From: Phoronis australis
Taxonomy: Eukaryota > Animalia > Phoronida
Reading direction: 5' to 3'
NCBI GenBank assembly: GCA_002633005.1
Contig: NMRA01000022.1
Span: 1,718,639 to 1,782,638, forward strand
Length of the DNA stretch: 64,000 bases
The position numbers and the translations under genes are program-made. Below, one piece after another: positions 26,101 to 41,100 of this stretch (position 1 is its first letter; every line of letters begins with the position of its first letter). The notes under the pieces were generated by a model. That model saw only the letters and a program-made list of their open reading frames with translations. It had not been told where the DNA came from and made no database searches.

Positions 26101-29100
26101 AGGGTCAAGTGAGCATAAACAATAATGGCTACACGTGTAAATGCTATAATCTAGATAAATCATAAGAGAAACACTAATTATAGCATAACTTGGAGTGTGT
26201 ACAAAGAGAACAGCTGCATTTAGGGCCTGTCCTGGTACGAATCAGTCCACGGAAAATGGTGAAAGACTCTGTTGTGCGCAACAGATTTGGTACACTGTTC
26301 CAGACCCGTGCAGCCACGAAGCGAAAAGATTGTTTTCCATATTTAACAGATTTGACTTGAGGAAAAGCTAGAACTGCGAAAGGATCTTTTCCTGCTTCTT
26401 TACAAGTGAAGAAAGTTTCTTGGTTGATTCACCATGAAGGATTTTAAGTACTTGTATTGCAATAAGTCGAAGTCTGTTTAGGTGAAGGGGTGGTTTGTTA
26501 GCTAGATAGAGTAGTTGGTCGTGCGTCATAACGGCTAAATCGTCGTGAGAGACCGTCCGGAGTTGGTATATGGTGCAACTCCGGGCGGTCTGGGGTCAAC
26601 AGAAAACCACAGTTCAATTGTGAGTCTACACCAATGTGATAAATGAGAGTAGTTCGACTGTGACTGGGCAAAGCGTTTTCAAAATAATGTGGATAAATCA
26701 CTGAAGTGTGAGACCCCTGAGGTCCCTGTCAACTCCTCACAACAATTCTACGTTATGTGCTAATGTCGTCATTGCAAACAAATCGTAGGGCTCTGAGCTG
26801 AAGTTTTTCTAGTTTGAGTTTATTTTCTTTCGAGCACAAATGCCATGAGAGTGGGCAGTAGTTGAAATTTGAAAGGACAAAGAAGTGAAAGACGGCAAGT
26901 CTACCCTTTATCGTAAGATGGTGTCCAATTCTTCTTAGATAGTTTATTTGTTGTGAGGCTCTTTTGCAAATGTTCGAAATATGGGAGTCAAAAGTTAGGT
27001 TGGTATCAATGGCTATTTCTAGAAGTTTAACTTTCGGTTCACAAGGTATTTCGCAATTTCCAATAGAGAGGGTTTTACAGAATGTGTTCATTTTTCCCCT
27101 ATGCAGATTGCTTGGAATTTGTCAGGATTTGCTTGCATGCCATTTACAGCGAACCAACTGATGAGTGATTCACTATCTTGTCTTAGGGTTTCAGTAACGG
27201 AGAGTGGGTTGTTGTCGGACAAGGAGATGGTGTTGTCATCTGCGTAGTTGACCAGTGTAGATTTTTCCACAAAGAAGAAGATGTAATTGATGAAAGTATT
27301 AAAGAAATAGGGGTCCCAAGATGGATCCTTGAGGTACTCCCTTGTATACATGGCTCCATTCACTTGAGTGTTGGCCTAGTTTCACTTGTTGTTTTCTGTT
27401 GGAGAGATAATTCCCAAGAAGGGCTAAGGCATTGTCATCAAATTTGTAAGCTTTAAGTTTGGAGATCAAAAGGGAGTGAGGGAGGCAGTCGAAAGCTTTA
27501 GAAAGATCCATGGGTACTGCTGCAGTGTATTTTTGTTCATCTTTGGCTTTACGCCAGTCTTCAAGTAGGCGAAGTAAGGCAGTGCTGCAACTAAAGCCAG
27601 CACGGAAGGCACCAAGGTAGTCATTAAAAAGATTATTGGATTCAAAGTGGTTGGACATTTGGTTAAAAATTTCATAAAGTTTTGAAATTATTGGTAATAT
27701 ACTGACGTGTCTATAGTTTGAGATGGAGAGGGTGTCATTTTTCTTGTGAATGGGGGTAACGCGAGCTTGTTTGAGACTGTCGGGTATTTGTGAGCAAGAG
27801 AAACTTGCGTTTATGAGATTGGCGATAGGTAGACAGAGGACGGATTTGCTGCACATTTAAGAAGTCTGGCTGGTATGTTATCGATACTAGTAGCTTTCCG
27901 AGAACTCAAGGAGTTAATGTAGTCCAATATACATTTTGCAGACACCTTTTTAAAATGAAAATCGTCAGCGTCTTTTGCTATGTTAGAAATAACGTGGAGG
28001 CTGGGGTGTTTCTCTTTAGTGGGGTCGGTCATATTTCCAAAATCTTTGGCTACGTTGATGAAAAAGTTATTGAAGACTGAGCATATTTTTGTTTGGTCTG
28101 AAAAAGTTTGATTTTCATGGGAGATTATGGTCGTGGTGTCGGTTGTATAGTCTTTTTTGAGAGGAAAGGTTTGATTGTGGGCCATAAATTTTTGTAGTTG
28201 GGGCCTTCGCTACATCTGTCTGAGAAATATGATCGTAGGCTGGCTCGTTTCATTTTCGTAGCTAAATTCCGCTGTTTACGGTAGGCTTCCCAGTTTCTTG
28301 TACTCCTGTCATGCGTATATTTGTTGAAGAGCATACGTTTTATGTAACTTGTCTTACGTAGTTTGCCGTTGAGGAAAGGTGGAGAAGATTTCGGATACTT
28401 GAGCCTAAGTGGGGCATATGAGTGGGTTTCGTACAGAGTCTGGAAATACGTTTTTCTACTTACTCGTCCGAATCTTCTATGAACGCCCATTTTGACAACT
28501 TCACTCTGAGTCCGATTGTTCGAATCTTTCCAACACACGTTTCAAGTTACGATAGTCTTCCTCGTCATCGCTTCCCGTAACTAAGACATCATCCAACATG
28601 ACACTGACACGGAAAACTCCCACAAGAACAGTTTTCAAGCGTTGAGAAATCGCCGGTCTAGCTGGAATGCCGAAGGGCAATCTCTTGTAGCGAAACAGAC
28701 TCTTGTGCGTGGCTATCGTACACAATTCCTGTGCTTTCATAGCGAGGAGTAGGTTACCTGTTGATATGCCCTCGGCATGTCGATATCTGACCATTTCTGA
28801 CCACCTGCTAAATCCTTACACAAGTCATTAGTTGTAGGTAACGAGTACTGGTCAGCGTAGATTCTCTTGTTGACAGTGATGCGGTAATCCCCGTACAAAC
28901 GCACATTATCGGCTATCTTCGAAACGCAAACCAATGGCGTAGCCCTTTCACTATAACTAACGGGCCAAATGATTCCCTCCGCCTCCATGCGTTCTAACTC
29001 CTTCTCGACCGCGGGTCGCAACACAAACAGCACATGTGCGTTGCAAAATACGGGCTAAGAATCCGACTTGATATTAAGTTGAGCGCTCATACTCGTAACT

Positions 29101-32100
29101 ATTTCTAACCCTTCTTTAAACACGTCCGGTAACGCTTGATGAGGTCGTAAATGGACTTCACGTTTGACATCAGCCTTGTTAATGATTGACATGTATAATC
29201 CCGTGCCCAATGCCATGTCGAAATCATGATAATTCAGTTTTCATTAGTTTGAAAGGGGATGCTTCGTGAATGTGGAGTACTGACCCGCATTAATTCACTT
29301 CATCCTCCGAGTCCGAATTTCCATTCCGATCACCCGACTCAGAATCCGAGACAATTCATTTTCTCGAATGTTTTTAACGTGCGTTTCTGGTTCCCGAAAT
29401 AAAAGTAGGCCTACTGTGTCCCAGGTACATTTGTTTTTGCGTTCTACTTTTTTGGTTTTATGGCTCTTATCAGAATCCGTTTGTTGACACATAGATTTGA
29501 AATGACCTCCTCCAGCATTTATTGTCGTTAAATCTCCAAACATCAGCACTATGATTCCGGAATCCAGAACGAAAACATTTTCCGGCTTTACTTCTCTGTG
29601 TGCTAACCTTTGCAACGGATTCTGCAGAATCCTTCGAGCTCAACTTCATGGACAGTATTTGTAATTTTGCCACTTCTTTTGCACGCGCATAATTTAACAA
29701 TTGTGTCAATATCAAACGGTGAATCAGCGCTTTTTGGCCAACCTGATTATTCGTACGAAACAAAAATATTTGTGAGCGTATTCCCTGATCTGGGTCAGCA
29801 AGCTCACACCTATTAGTAATGTCTCTTAACCTGATATAAAAATTATCTAAAATCTCCTCCTCAGTTTGCACCGTCTTCCTAAAAAGGAATTCATCGTTAT
29901 CCGTATTCGACCGTGGTTTAACTTGAAAATTTTGTCAGCGCATTTGTCCTATGCATGTACGTCCAAGCGATTTTGTTGGTCGTATTATTTGTTTGCTCGA
30001 CATGAAATTTGTGTGCGCATAAGCGAACGCAAGGTGATGCTGTAGCGGCCATTTTTTAAATAATCGTTTGCGGAACTTCAGCTACATGTATGTTGTCCTT
30101 CGAGGCAATCATCTGAAATTTAGCACGCCGGTACATCTCACCAGTAAAGGGATATCTGAAGTGTCATCTGTTCATCGCTGTACCTTACTGCTCTGAATTT
30201 TGGCATATTCGAGATTTTCCGAAGAGTACTGTTTCATTATTTAACTCCTCGTTTCTTTTTTCCGGCGTCCCTTGATAAACCTTTAGTTTCACAAACAATA
30301 AACTGATTTGGTGGTAGTTTCATATAAGCAACGTTGTCAATGGTGGCTTTGTGAGTGTTGTTGGTGCCTTATTATTGGCACCAGTGTTGGTGACGACGTT
30401 GTCGTTTTCGTTGGTGCTGTTGTTGGTGGTAACAGTGGTGGTGGCGATATTATGGTCACTGAGGTCATGTTTTGTGTCATCAGTAGTGACGAGATTGTTG
30501 TCGTCTCAGAAAACGTTGCTTCTGCCGTCGCTCGTGTACTCTCTGTTACAGTAAGCAGTAGGTTTGACCTCCATCTTGATGGGGAAAACCAGTTAAGGGA
30601 CAACCGTCACGAGCTCGGTTGATAAAACACCGGAAGCTGATAAGTAGCTATCCATATTGAGAACTAGTTGAAATGCACTTGGCAAGCGACGTAAAACATT
30701 GTTAGTGTTGTTATTATTATTACTATAATTATTGTTGCTTTGTTATAATATTTTTGAAAAATGTCATTGTGTATGCACTCTCAGGTGGACCCTCTTCCTT
30801 GACGTTGGTTGACATGACTACAAGGACGCGCCTGCCCTGGAATCAACCAATAGTTATCAGCGAAAAGCGAAATCCCCGCCTCTACCTCAAGTGCATTACG
30901 GACCTCTCTTTCCCAAACGTCAATATGAACTGGACGAATGAGGATGTCAGTATGACACATAGTTATCTGGCCCGACTCCAAACTCGTCAACCAGGCAAGA
31001 ACACGTTCAGTACTGTAATTCAATTGGAGCCCACACGTGCATTGCACATGTCTAGCCTGATATGCAACGCCAGTAACTCGTTGGCTCCTTGGATTAAGAA
31101 GATTGATCGCGTGCTGCTAAATATTCGATGTAAGTACTTAAATTAATACAAAGAGAAGGACTGTGACAAGCAAGATTATTCTCCTTTCCAACCTCCATTA
31201 CCATTAGACTGTATTGCAGCAATACCACATTGCACCAGGATAGATGACTTCTCCGGCCCCCTGTGTACATCTAGGGGCACTTTCAGTTGGCTACAACGTG
31301 TGTGAGGGATAAACAACACCGCTGCTTTGTGCCACTACTTTGCGGTAAAATGACAAACTTGAATTTGTTTAAGTCACGTTTCACCTTAGTTGTTTTACAT
31401 CAAATTTAACTTTTTAGCAACATAAATGAAATGCATTAGGGAACCGTTGCCGCTTTTTTGAGAACGTGAAATGGCACATTATATGTGCGGCTGCTGGAGC
31501 TAAAAATAAGTTGGTGACACTAGTTTTATTCCATAACCAACACAAGGTTCATCAAAAAAATAACGTTAAACATTCAAAGACCTAAATTTTCATTTCAAAA
31601 AAATTAAAATACTTAAGTTGCCCAAAAGACCAAATCCATTTTTTGTGTTGGCATTAACCACGCGCTTGCTTTGCAAATGACTTTAATTTAAATGCTTGAC
31701 AAAGAAACAATTATGAGTTTCTGAGTGATTCATTAAGGCTTCAATTAAAATTTACATCTCACCAACAGCTTCTACTTCTCCATCGACACTCAGCTGCCGT
31801 TTTCTTTGAAAAAAAATAGTTAATTTTCTTCGTTCTTTTGCACAATGGCGCAAGCTTCCGAAACGAAGTGATAGCGCGCAGCGCCACTGCCGACCGCCTG
31901 GGATATTACTTGTATATCGACCGGGAGTTACCGTTACGATTGCGCTGGTTGTCTGAATCGGACACTTGAAATCGGGTCTGACCCACCCCCACATGCACAC
32001 ACAAATTAAAGCTAAACACATTGTCAAATCTTGTTTCGTCTGTATAATGTTAATTACCGCGGTTAATATAGTTATTTAACCTAATATCTCCTCACGCTTT

Positions 32101-35100
32101 CGCTGTTTTGTTTTTGCTCCCCCAACATCCGCCTATGGTTTCACAGAAGTTTCCTATGTAGCCTTGATTGTGTTTGATACTTGCTGATACTGCTCAGTTT
32201 TAAAGTTTCCAAGCAAAATTACGTAAAAAGTCCTACAAACTACATTCAAAACACCGAATTTAGGCTCATGCGGCTGTGTCCCATATTGGCAAACTCCAAA
32301 GAGGGTGTACCATTGGGAATTATTCGTGAAATTTCACATTATTACTCAGGTTCCAAATGTTTTTCCATATGTGGTAAGACTTGTACTTTATTGTTGGCTT
32401 TCCTGCTCCAAGTCCTAATATTAAGGTGGTTAATAAGTTAACAAAGTTTATAAATATTATATATTATAAGGAGCTGTGTCTTTGTTGTGCTATTTCTGTA
32501 TTCGAAAGACTGGCGTCAATGTTTGTCGCGGACTTGTAATGGTTGTTGTCAATTCTTACATGTATTTCAGTTGGGCCTGACACCGTCACCGTAGCTGATC
32601 TTAAACAAGTCATCTCTGATGGACATAAAGTAAACGTAGTAGCAGGCGATCAGCAGTCGTTTAAATGCACAAGCAGCGAAACTTGGGAAATTGCTTCTGT
32701 GTCATGGTCCATTTCTGGGTTAGAAACCAAGTCTGAAGAAAATGGAGTAATAGCGAAAAAGTACACAAACATCATATCATTCACACCAAACGCCGAACAG
32801 CATAACACTAACGTGAAGTGCAGTGCACATAATCAATATCACCCCACATTTACAGCATCCTTAAGCTTCACCATGATGGTTGTCCGTGAGTGTTTCCTTA
32901 AAATTGTGCGTTACGTACTATATTAGATAGAAATCGAACGACGACTGCTTGTTACATTTTTGAAACGTAAGAAGTTGAGGAGATTGATCATGAATAAAAA
33001 GTTAGTAACTGTATGTCGAGGAAAAGTTATTCATAAATGTCCATTCAGTATGGTGATTGACGTCCAGTGACGATGGGTGCATGTTTGGTGTCGTACTTTT
33101 TAATCTAAAGAATGTCGTTGAAGCAGTAGCCACGGGTGTAGGCGCGAACTTAAAGCGTAAATAGTCAGAAGTTAGTCGAACATAAGTTGACAGGTCTAAA
33201 GATCTCTCCACTCACTCTGTCTGTGACTCTTAAGTTGTCTGTGTACAAACTCAGGGCTACAGTGGTTGTCAGAATACAGAATACAAGTAACGTTTACATT
33301 TTATCAGACAAACCTTATAATAAACCAACTTTTCGGTCAATTTAACCCATGTGTGTCTCGTAGGATGTACTGATAAACGAAGCTCGAAGGTCTCAGTGAT
33401 TTTCTTGAACGGGATTGGGCGTTATTCGCCTAGGTGTGAAGAATAACAATTTCAGCTATAGCGACCGTAAATTTCCCAGATGTAGAAACCGATGAACTTC
33501 GTCGTGTTTACGGTGTTATTTGGGAATTCCATCACACAAAAAGAATTTTAAGTTGAAACTCTCACCGGTCAAAATAGGGCAACTCGACCGGTGCGCTTAT
33601 CGAGAAATCCGCGGCAATATTCAAAGATACATGTACCATGCAGTTGTAGGCAATTACATCGCCTGTGGATGCCGCAAGGTGCTGATGTTATCGTTCCTTA
33701 GATAACCAGACCCATTATAAACACACTGGACATGGTGTGGACATTAATAATATTTTTTAATTTTACTTTTGACTGTTTTTAAAGCGTCCCTACAATTGTT
33801 CTTGCACTTTTTGAGATTTTAGACCGTGTATAATAATTTTATAACTCAAAATCTAACCAAACAATCAGTAATTTTGGGAAATAATTGAGGAAATTTCGAA
33901 ATAAAGAATAATTACGTTTTTTGGTTTTTCGCCACATGATGTCATCAATGGAAGACGCTGATCAGTTGACAGTATATATGCAATAGCGGATGGTAGTGAT
34001 TTTGAAAGTTACTAAGACATAAAGAGCGACCTCGACGAGAATTATGAAGACACTTATGGAGGTGTGGGGGGGCGGCAGGGGGGGGGGGGGAANGGGGTAA
34101 AAAGACACTCAGGCCACACATTAGGTGAATCAGGTAATGAATTAGACTCCGCCATATCGACTGACTGCGTGTGTGAGGCCGCACGAACACAACCCTCCCG
34201 CACCGGCGTCTTCAGTGGCTTACATAAGTCGAGTTGGACCTTACTCAGTCTGCGTACAGTCGTTTTACTGAATCACAATTTAATCTTACCTGTTCGATGT
34301 CGTGTAATACGTGTCCCGTACGGTAAATCTAACCGAAGTTTTTACCCTGACTGAGCCCAGTAACAAATAGCGGACATTGATTTCCTTTCATCAAATGCCG
34401 AGTGCGTTTGACAGGAAAGGTCATATCTAATTGTAGAGATGCTAACTGGATTTTATTTCTATTAAACAATACTGGTTTCTATCGTGCCTGTTCCAAAACC
34501 ATGAAACCTTTGTGTCGTTGTGATTCGTCGATTATTTCTTTCGGGGGTCCGACTCCAGCCTCTGTGCCAGCTGCGGTCGTGACCTAAAAGTATTTGCGTG
34601 GCATCTACGTCCCCTTTTCTAGTATTTGGTATTGACGTATATGTGGAAAACATGTATACCCACAAAAGCTTGAACAAGAATAGACTGATGAAATCACATT
34701 CATTATCTCGGTCACAATTTGATGTTGAGGATCCTACTCAAAATTGGCCTGACAACTACGTTTCCAGCAATGTTACAGCATAACACACTTTCTCTCCCTC
34801 AAATACAATAGAGAAACCTGCATCAAATCTCCATTTCTGAGACGGATCGAAGCACGATTCTTCAAAATGAGCTGCGCACAGTGTTGCTCCTGAACTGATC
34901 GCTTGCTCCATCGTGCACTGCCATACCCGTGTCCGACCCACGAATATGTGCTATTTCTGCGATCTTTGGGTTTTTTGGAAAAGCAAAAAACTGAAATAAT
35001 GTCAGACCGATTGCTATTACTACGTCCTCTCCATATGCAACTTTTCATAATACGTCTAATTCATGCTAACATGAAGCTCGCTCCAAAACGAGACTTACTT

Positions 35101-38100
35101 CGATAGCCCCGTTAAAAGGCTAATCGGCATAGTTGTGTTCTACGTTGTTCGAACGGTGATAGAAAAAAATACGGGCATTCAACTGTCTTTTTTACCATCT
35201 CTAATGACGTTGAGATTCGGAAGCGTTGGGTCGTTGCCATACGCCGCGACAAAGGAAAATATTTCAGGGTAAAATTTATAAATGTTTTCAAAAGTTTTAT
35301 CACATTTTGTCGCATCTCGATTGCAGAGCATAGCAACGACCGGTGAATCTTCGTCCAGCCAGGGTGTATTTTCCTGTCTACGGGTAAAAACATGATGCAT
35401 TTGTTTCCAAACAATTACAGGACCTTCAATCCCTTGATTTTGGGGTCGAATATCGGCCCTATTCCCCTCTCAAAAATATTGAAAATCACGCGAAATTCCC
35501 CTCACGAGGCCTAAAAATTCTCCCAAAGGGATTGAAAATTTTCCCTCGAAGTTCAAATCACTTGTAACCACACAGGTGATAATTTGAAAGAGCACAAAAT
35601 GTTACTTGAGGCAGAGCCTATGAGAGCTTGTAACAGGGCGGGGGTGATATTGATGGTGATTGGGAGGTAGATATTCTTCTTCACTCGGCGGTTGAAAATA
35701 TTCCCCTCTCAGAAGGCACAGACACCTTCCCCTCGGATGAACGAGGCCCCTGAAGGAACATGATAACGATGCTTGTTCTGCTCAGTAAACTGAAATTAAG
35801 CTTTAAAACGAGGTGCTATTTCAGATTATGCTTTGAACGAACGAACTAGGTGTTTTGATTTTAAATTATAACTTGGTCCAGAGTGATATTTGAAACCTAA
35901 CACATGAAATAGATGTAAGAATTAATCATTAATCATTCTTGCAGGTTAATGACAAATCAACTGTTAGTCCCAGTAGTCCCTAACTCACTACCAGGATCTA
36001 GGCTATGCTTGATATTAATATTCTTGATCAACAAATTAAACCAGATTTGACTTCATGCACATAACAGCAAAGTGCGATGAGCCACCACTGTCAAATATAT
36101 CTTCAACTCGTCAAAAATACGAGCAGATGACCTGGTTCGTGTAGAAAGCATTTTTATCAACAATTTACAAGAAGAAACGTAACCCTGCGTTCAGCATATG
36201 CCTTATCCTGTAACAAGATCGCCGCAATTTGGTCGTATTTACTTTTCATGTTTCTAACGTAGTTTTCCGAAAAAAATATACCCTTTCGTCAGACAACTCT
36301 TTGGTGCATTGACTTGTTCTCTAATGTATTTTTCTATGTCTCTGTATTTAATTATTGACACTTTATTAAGATTTAATATCCAGGTTGGACTCGAAAGACC
36401 AGCCATTTGACTCACGCAATGTCAACTTTCGCTTTTTTACCAGTGAGCCTCGCTTTGAATTTTAATGTCTGTTAAGTTAGGGTCTGATGACGATGATTCT
36501 TAGTCAATCAAGAGAAAAACAACACCATAGATAGCCGGAGCTGTATATTGGAACGAACAGACAGCCGCCGAATCCCACGCCGTGGTCGGCAATAATGATA
36601 ACTACTCTACACTACTCAACATCCTCACTCTTTTAAGTAACTTATCTGCCGAATATAACGTAAAACTTATAATCTAACTTAAAGTAATACACATCACGAT
36701 AGTCCCTAAGTAGCCACACTATACTGTCACTTGGTATCGTAGTCCTTTAAATGCGTAGGAGCTCGACGAATTCGTTCGCTTCTCCTGATCGACCGTCGCT
36801 GGATCGGCCTGCACTCGGAACGTCCGTTTGAGTTGGTATACACGGAACGCTCAGAATATCGGAAAATTCTTGAGGTACGTTTGGCATTACATCTGGGAGC
36901 TCAACATCTGCATGGTAACGGTTGAAAAGGCACTCAAGTTGGGCGTATTTGGACTCGGTTTCTCCGATATACTCCTCCATGGAAGATTCCACCACGTAGC
37001 CTACAAGCCAAAGCGAAGGATTGAAAACTTTAATGTGAACATCGGAGAAAATGCACGTTAATTACCGAAAATACGTAGCATTTTAGCGCAACGCCGTGGC
37101 ACTACAGAAACGGCAAGCACGTAATGGGTACTAAATGCGCAGTGCCCACACTGGTTGGAAATGTACAGTGTACGTAGCATATGACTTAGATTGGCAACAG
37201 TCCGCAGTCGGCAAGTGGGCTTCGTTTAGTCTGTCTTCGGAGGTCATAATCACGGTCACCACTCAAGTACTGACCGGGTTAGGCTGGTGTTGCTTCATCA
37301 AAATCACTACCTTTAAAATGTTAACTTGAATGGTTAGTGGGACTCCGAATTTCGACTTGTTACGTGTGTCTGTCACGGCGCCGGCTCAACCATCGGCGAT
37401 CACTGGACTCGAAATTCTCGGGCTAAACTTACAGTTACAGCTCAGTAGGTTTCTTGATCCGCTAAATATTTTAGTAAACGTTCATTTTGCTTTGAGGGAA
37501 GAATTTTTATTCATTAAGGATTTCAGCTATTATTTTTAATCGCATTCGTGCAGTTTTTGTCGACGCTGATGTCAACTCGATCTATGAGGCTCGTAGGTGG
37601 GATGTGCGTAGGCAATGACCATCGCCTCTGTTGGCCGAACCAGAGGCGATGTAGAGGCTATAGGCGCTCTGTACGCCGGAAGCTTTTCGGCGAATTATGC
37701 CTCGCACCGACTGAAACCATCAAAGCCACGTTGTTATAACTACCTTTTGCGCATAGACGAACACCTTAGGAGGTTGTCGATGTGTTTAAGTTCTTCCAAC
37801 TCGAACAAATACTCCCGTTATGAAACTTTTTCTTCGAGCAGTCCCTATTTCAGTTCCCAAAATCGTGAAATCAAAATTTTCATTTTTTTTAACCAGGCCG
37901 AAGGTCAGAAGTTGCGATCCTACCGGCGAACTTTGAAAGCTGAAGTTCCCGCCCTTTGCGTACGTGCTGCCGGGAACCAGCCGTGCATTTGCCGTGTTGT
38001 TAAACATTAAAATGTCAAATATGTGCACAAAGACTTTTAAATGTCATATCAACAGCATTTATTTTTATCAAATACAAACAATAATTCATTGAAATACAAA

Positions 38101-41100
38101 CAGTTTCAAGTAACGCCAATTAAAGACAAGTATAAGTGGTGGCATTTTGGAAACGAACATTTGACTGACAAGACCGCAATGGCTCACCTTTGGCCTATTT
38201 AAAAATTATTGAGGTTATGAAGTCACATCACCTAGCGAGCGCGGTAAAAGTTGGAGCGTGCGCAGTACAAAAATTTTGATTTCACGATTTTGGGAACTGA
38301 AATAGGGACTGCTCGAAGAAAAAGTTTCATAACGGGAGTATTTGTTCGAGTTGGAAGAACTTAAACACATCGACAACCTCCTAAGGTGTTCGTCTATGCG
38401 CAAAAGGTAGTTATAACAACGTGACTTTGATGGTTTAGTCGGTGCGAGGCATAATTCGCCGAAAAGCTTCCGGCGTACAGAGCGCCTATAGCCTCTACAT
38501 CGCCTCTGGTTCGGCCAACAGAGGCAATGGTCATTGCCTAGGATGTGCGTTGACTTCTGAAACATCCGCGGGCGGTTTACGTCACGTGTTCTCGACATAA
38601 ATCTTCACCCCGTTCCCGTAGGAACTTTTTCTGAAGGCTGTTGCCTTTTGTCTTTGTCATGGCGAGATTCATAGGGAAGATAATGTTCACCAAGTCTGCG
38701 TGAATATCAGTTAGCACACCGGTCTTGCTTGACGAAGCCATTCTCTGATGTCGGTCTTCCGCATCACGTGACATCATAGGCGGAGCCATCTTCTGCTGGC
38801 GTAAGGTCAATAGCAACGCCACCTGGTAATCCCTGGGATGCTTGTCCAGCTGGCCATTAACGCTATAATTCTGTCACTTTTGCTTAAACAACTTCCAGCT
38901 TTCCTTAGAGGCTGGGCCAGAAAAGTCCGGGGCAGACGGAAGGTGAATTCCTGGCACAGGTTTCGGTTTTGGGGGCATGTTGCAAAGTCAGCACGCAGCG
39001 AAGTTACAGGGACAGAGGCCTGCGAGAGGTCAGATCGGTGGCGTGTAAGATTGCCAGTAAAACTGGAAGTCCGGCACAACCGGTTCAAAAAGGCACTACG
39101 ACTGTTCGCTAAACGCTTCACACGATGATTCTCAAGAGAAAAACAACACCATACATGTAGATAGCCGGAGCAGCATATTGGAACGAACAGACAGACGCCG
39201 AATCCCACGCCGTGATTGGGAACAATACTAACTACTCTACACTACTCAACAATGTTCGCCCGAGAATTACAAATAAATTATACTCAGTCGAACTCAATCG
39301 AGTTTTTGAGACCACTACAGCTCGCGGCTGATGTAGAACAACACAAAGACCGGAACCGCTGATTACGTCACACAAAAGTTTAATTTTTGCTTTTATTTCT
39401 TTATTAAAAGCATACAATTTGAAGAAGAAATACTTAAAACATCATACCAAAATTTTTGGTAACTGAATTCATGGACTTATGACCATGGTGTGAGGGGTTA
39501 AACAACGGAATTGGTTAGTCAGTGAAAAGTACACGTGGTTAAGATTTTGAATTTTGAAAATCAGGCAAGAAATATGACTTCCATAAGCTAAAACAATGTT
39601 TGTAGTGTCCTGTTTCTCGTTAATTCCAGTGGGTGTGCAACATAATTGCACCAGTTACCAAACTAGCAGGCAGCACTTGAAATTGAGGTAAGTCAAGTGT
39701 CCAATTCCTGGCATGATAGTAAAGATGAGAAAGGTTTTATCATATTGCTAACAAGAGACTTGAAGTTTCTTGTACATGTTTTTACAGATGGCCCCACTTC
39801 GCTTTCCCTCAGGCCTGGAAATATTGTCGATGTTATTCACGGCAAAAACGTGACTATTGACTGTTTCACGCCTCTACTTTATCCCGACGCCACCATTCAA
39901 TGGAACAGGTCCCAGGGTCAAGGCGTTAAACGTGTTACAGCAGGCACCGGCGGCAGGAAGTCGCTGTTGATTAATTTAACGATAACAGGCACGCCCGCTC
40001 TAAACTTTGCCAGCTACAAATGTTCAGCCAAAAACACCCAACCAGGAGTATCTATTGCTGCAAAGACAAGTGTACACATTCGAGTCATTTGTAAGTAAGT
40101 TTTGTCACTAAAAGACAGAAAGATATATATGTTTATTTAGAATGTAAAAACACTCGGCGACGCTTCCGACACTGGGTGTTCGGAAGGTTTTGTCAGATAT
40201 TACTACATTTATCACAAAAACGTATTCTTTAATTCAAAATTTGACTATTTTGAGTTGTGGTTTTTACTGTTGACAGCACTTAACTGACTTCTCCAGTTCT
40301 GCGGAGTAAAACATCTGATATGTTCTCGGTGATAACTTCCGGCTTGCAAACCAACGAGACGACATAGCGGCGAAGTTAAATTTAAATGATGTTGGCGCAA
40401 ACGCAAAAAGTACGTAATTTCCGTGTAACGTTATCGCGTATTTGTACAGCAGCTTTCAAGTTTGTGCAGGCGTTTTCCATCCAAATCTACGCTCGTGTAT
40501 TCTGACGGGCGTTTATGCTCGAGTGTAGGAACATTTTTCTCGAACGTGAGACCATGCAGACGCTTTAAAGTGCTTACCGCTACTGTGCCAGTTGCCTGGA
40601 CGCCGCGGTATTTAAGCCACCATTGGGCAAAATTTAATTTTTTTGAACAACAATAAACGTCTTGGCTACTTTTGATTGTCTGATATTTGTAACATCACTT
40701 GTATGTAGCAAACACACCTCAAAACTAGTCAAGAATCATATCATCCTTACCTTGAATTCCAGATGAAGGATTGACCATTTTCTCTGACATAATGTTTCCA
40801 CATCTCCATCACAAATTATTAAGTTTTCCAGGCTCGTCACCCAAGTGAGAACACATTTGTGTCTTGAAGACACGTAGATGTTAATGTCCCTGGTGGGAAT
40901 TTGTGACTTAATTAATATCGAATGACAAGGTTAGATTCGTAGAACAAGACTGATTTAATAAGATAGTGTGTATGAAGGAACACTAGGAAGAGCCAAGTGG
41001 TTGACAATCACAGTGGTCGCTATTAATACTAACAAGATACAAGTCTCTACAATCGGACGTTTTGTACTACTCGTAATTTCAAGCGCACGCGATAACGCAA

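Noticed and set aside
30337-30603. Thr/Pro-rich mucin-like ORF on the minus strand
   Set aside because: Antisense to the Ig gene, no convincing splice sites, and explained by GGT/GTT low-complexity sequence
37615-38598. Mirror-image ORFs on opposite strands (131 aa and 127 aa)
   Set aside because: Both arise from the long inverted repeats of the MITE; no protein motifs
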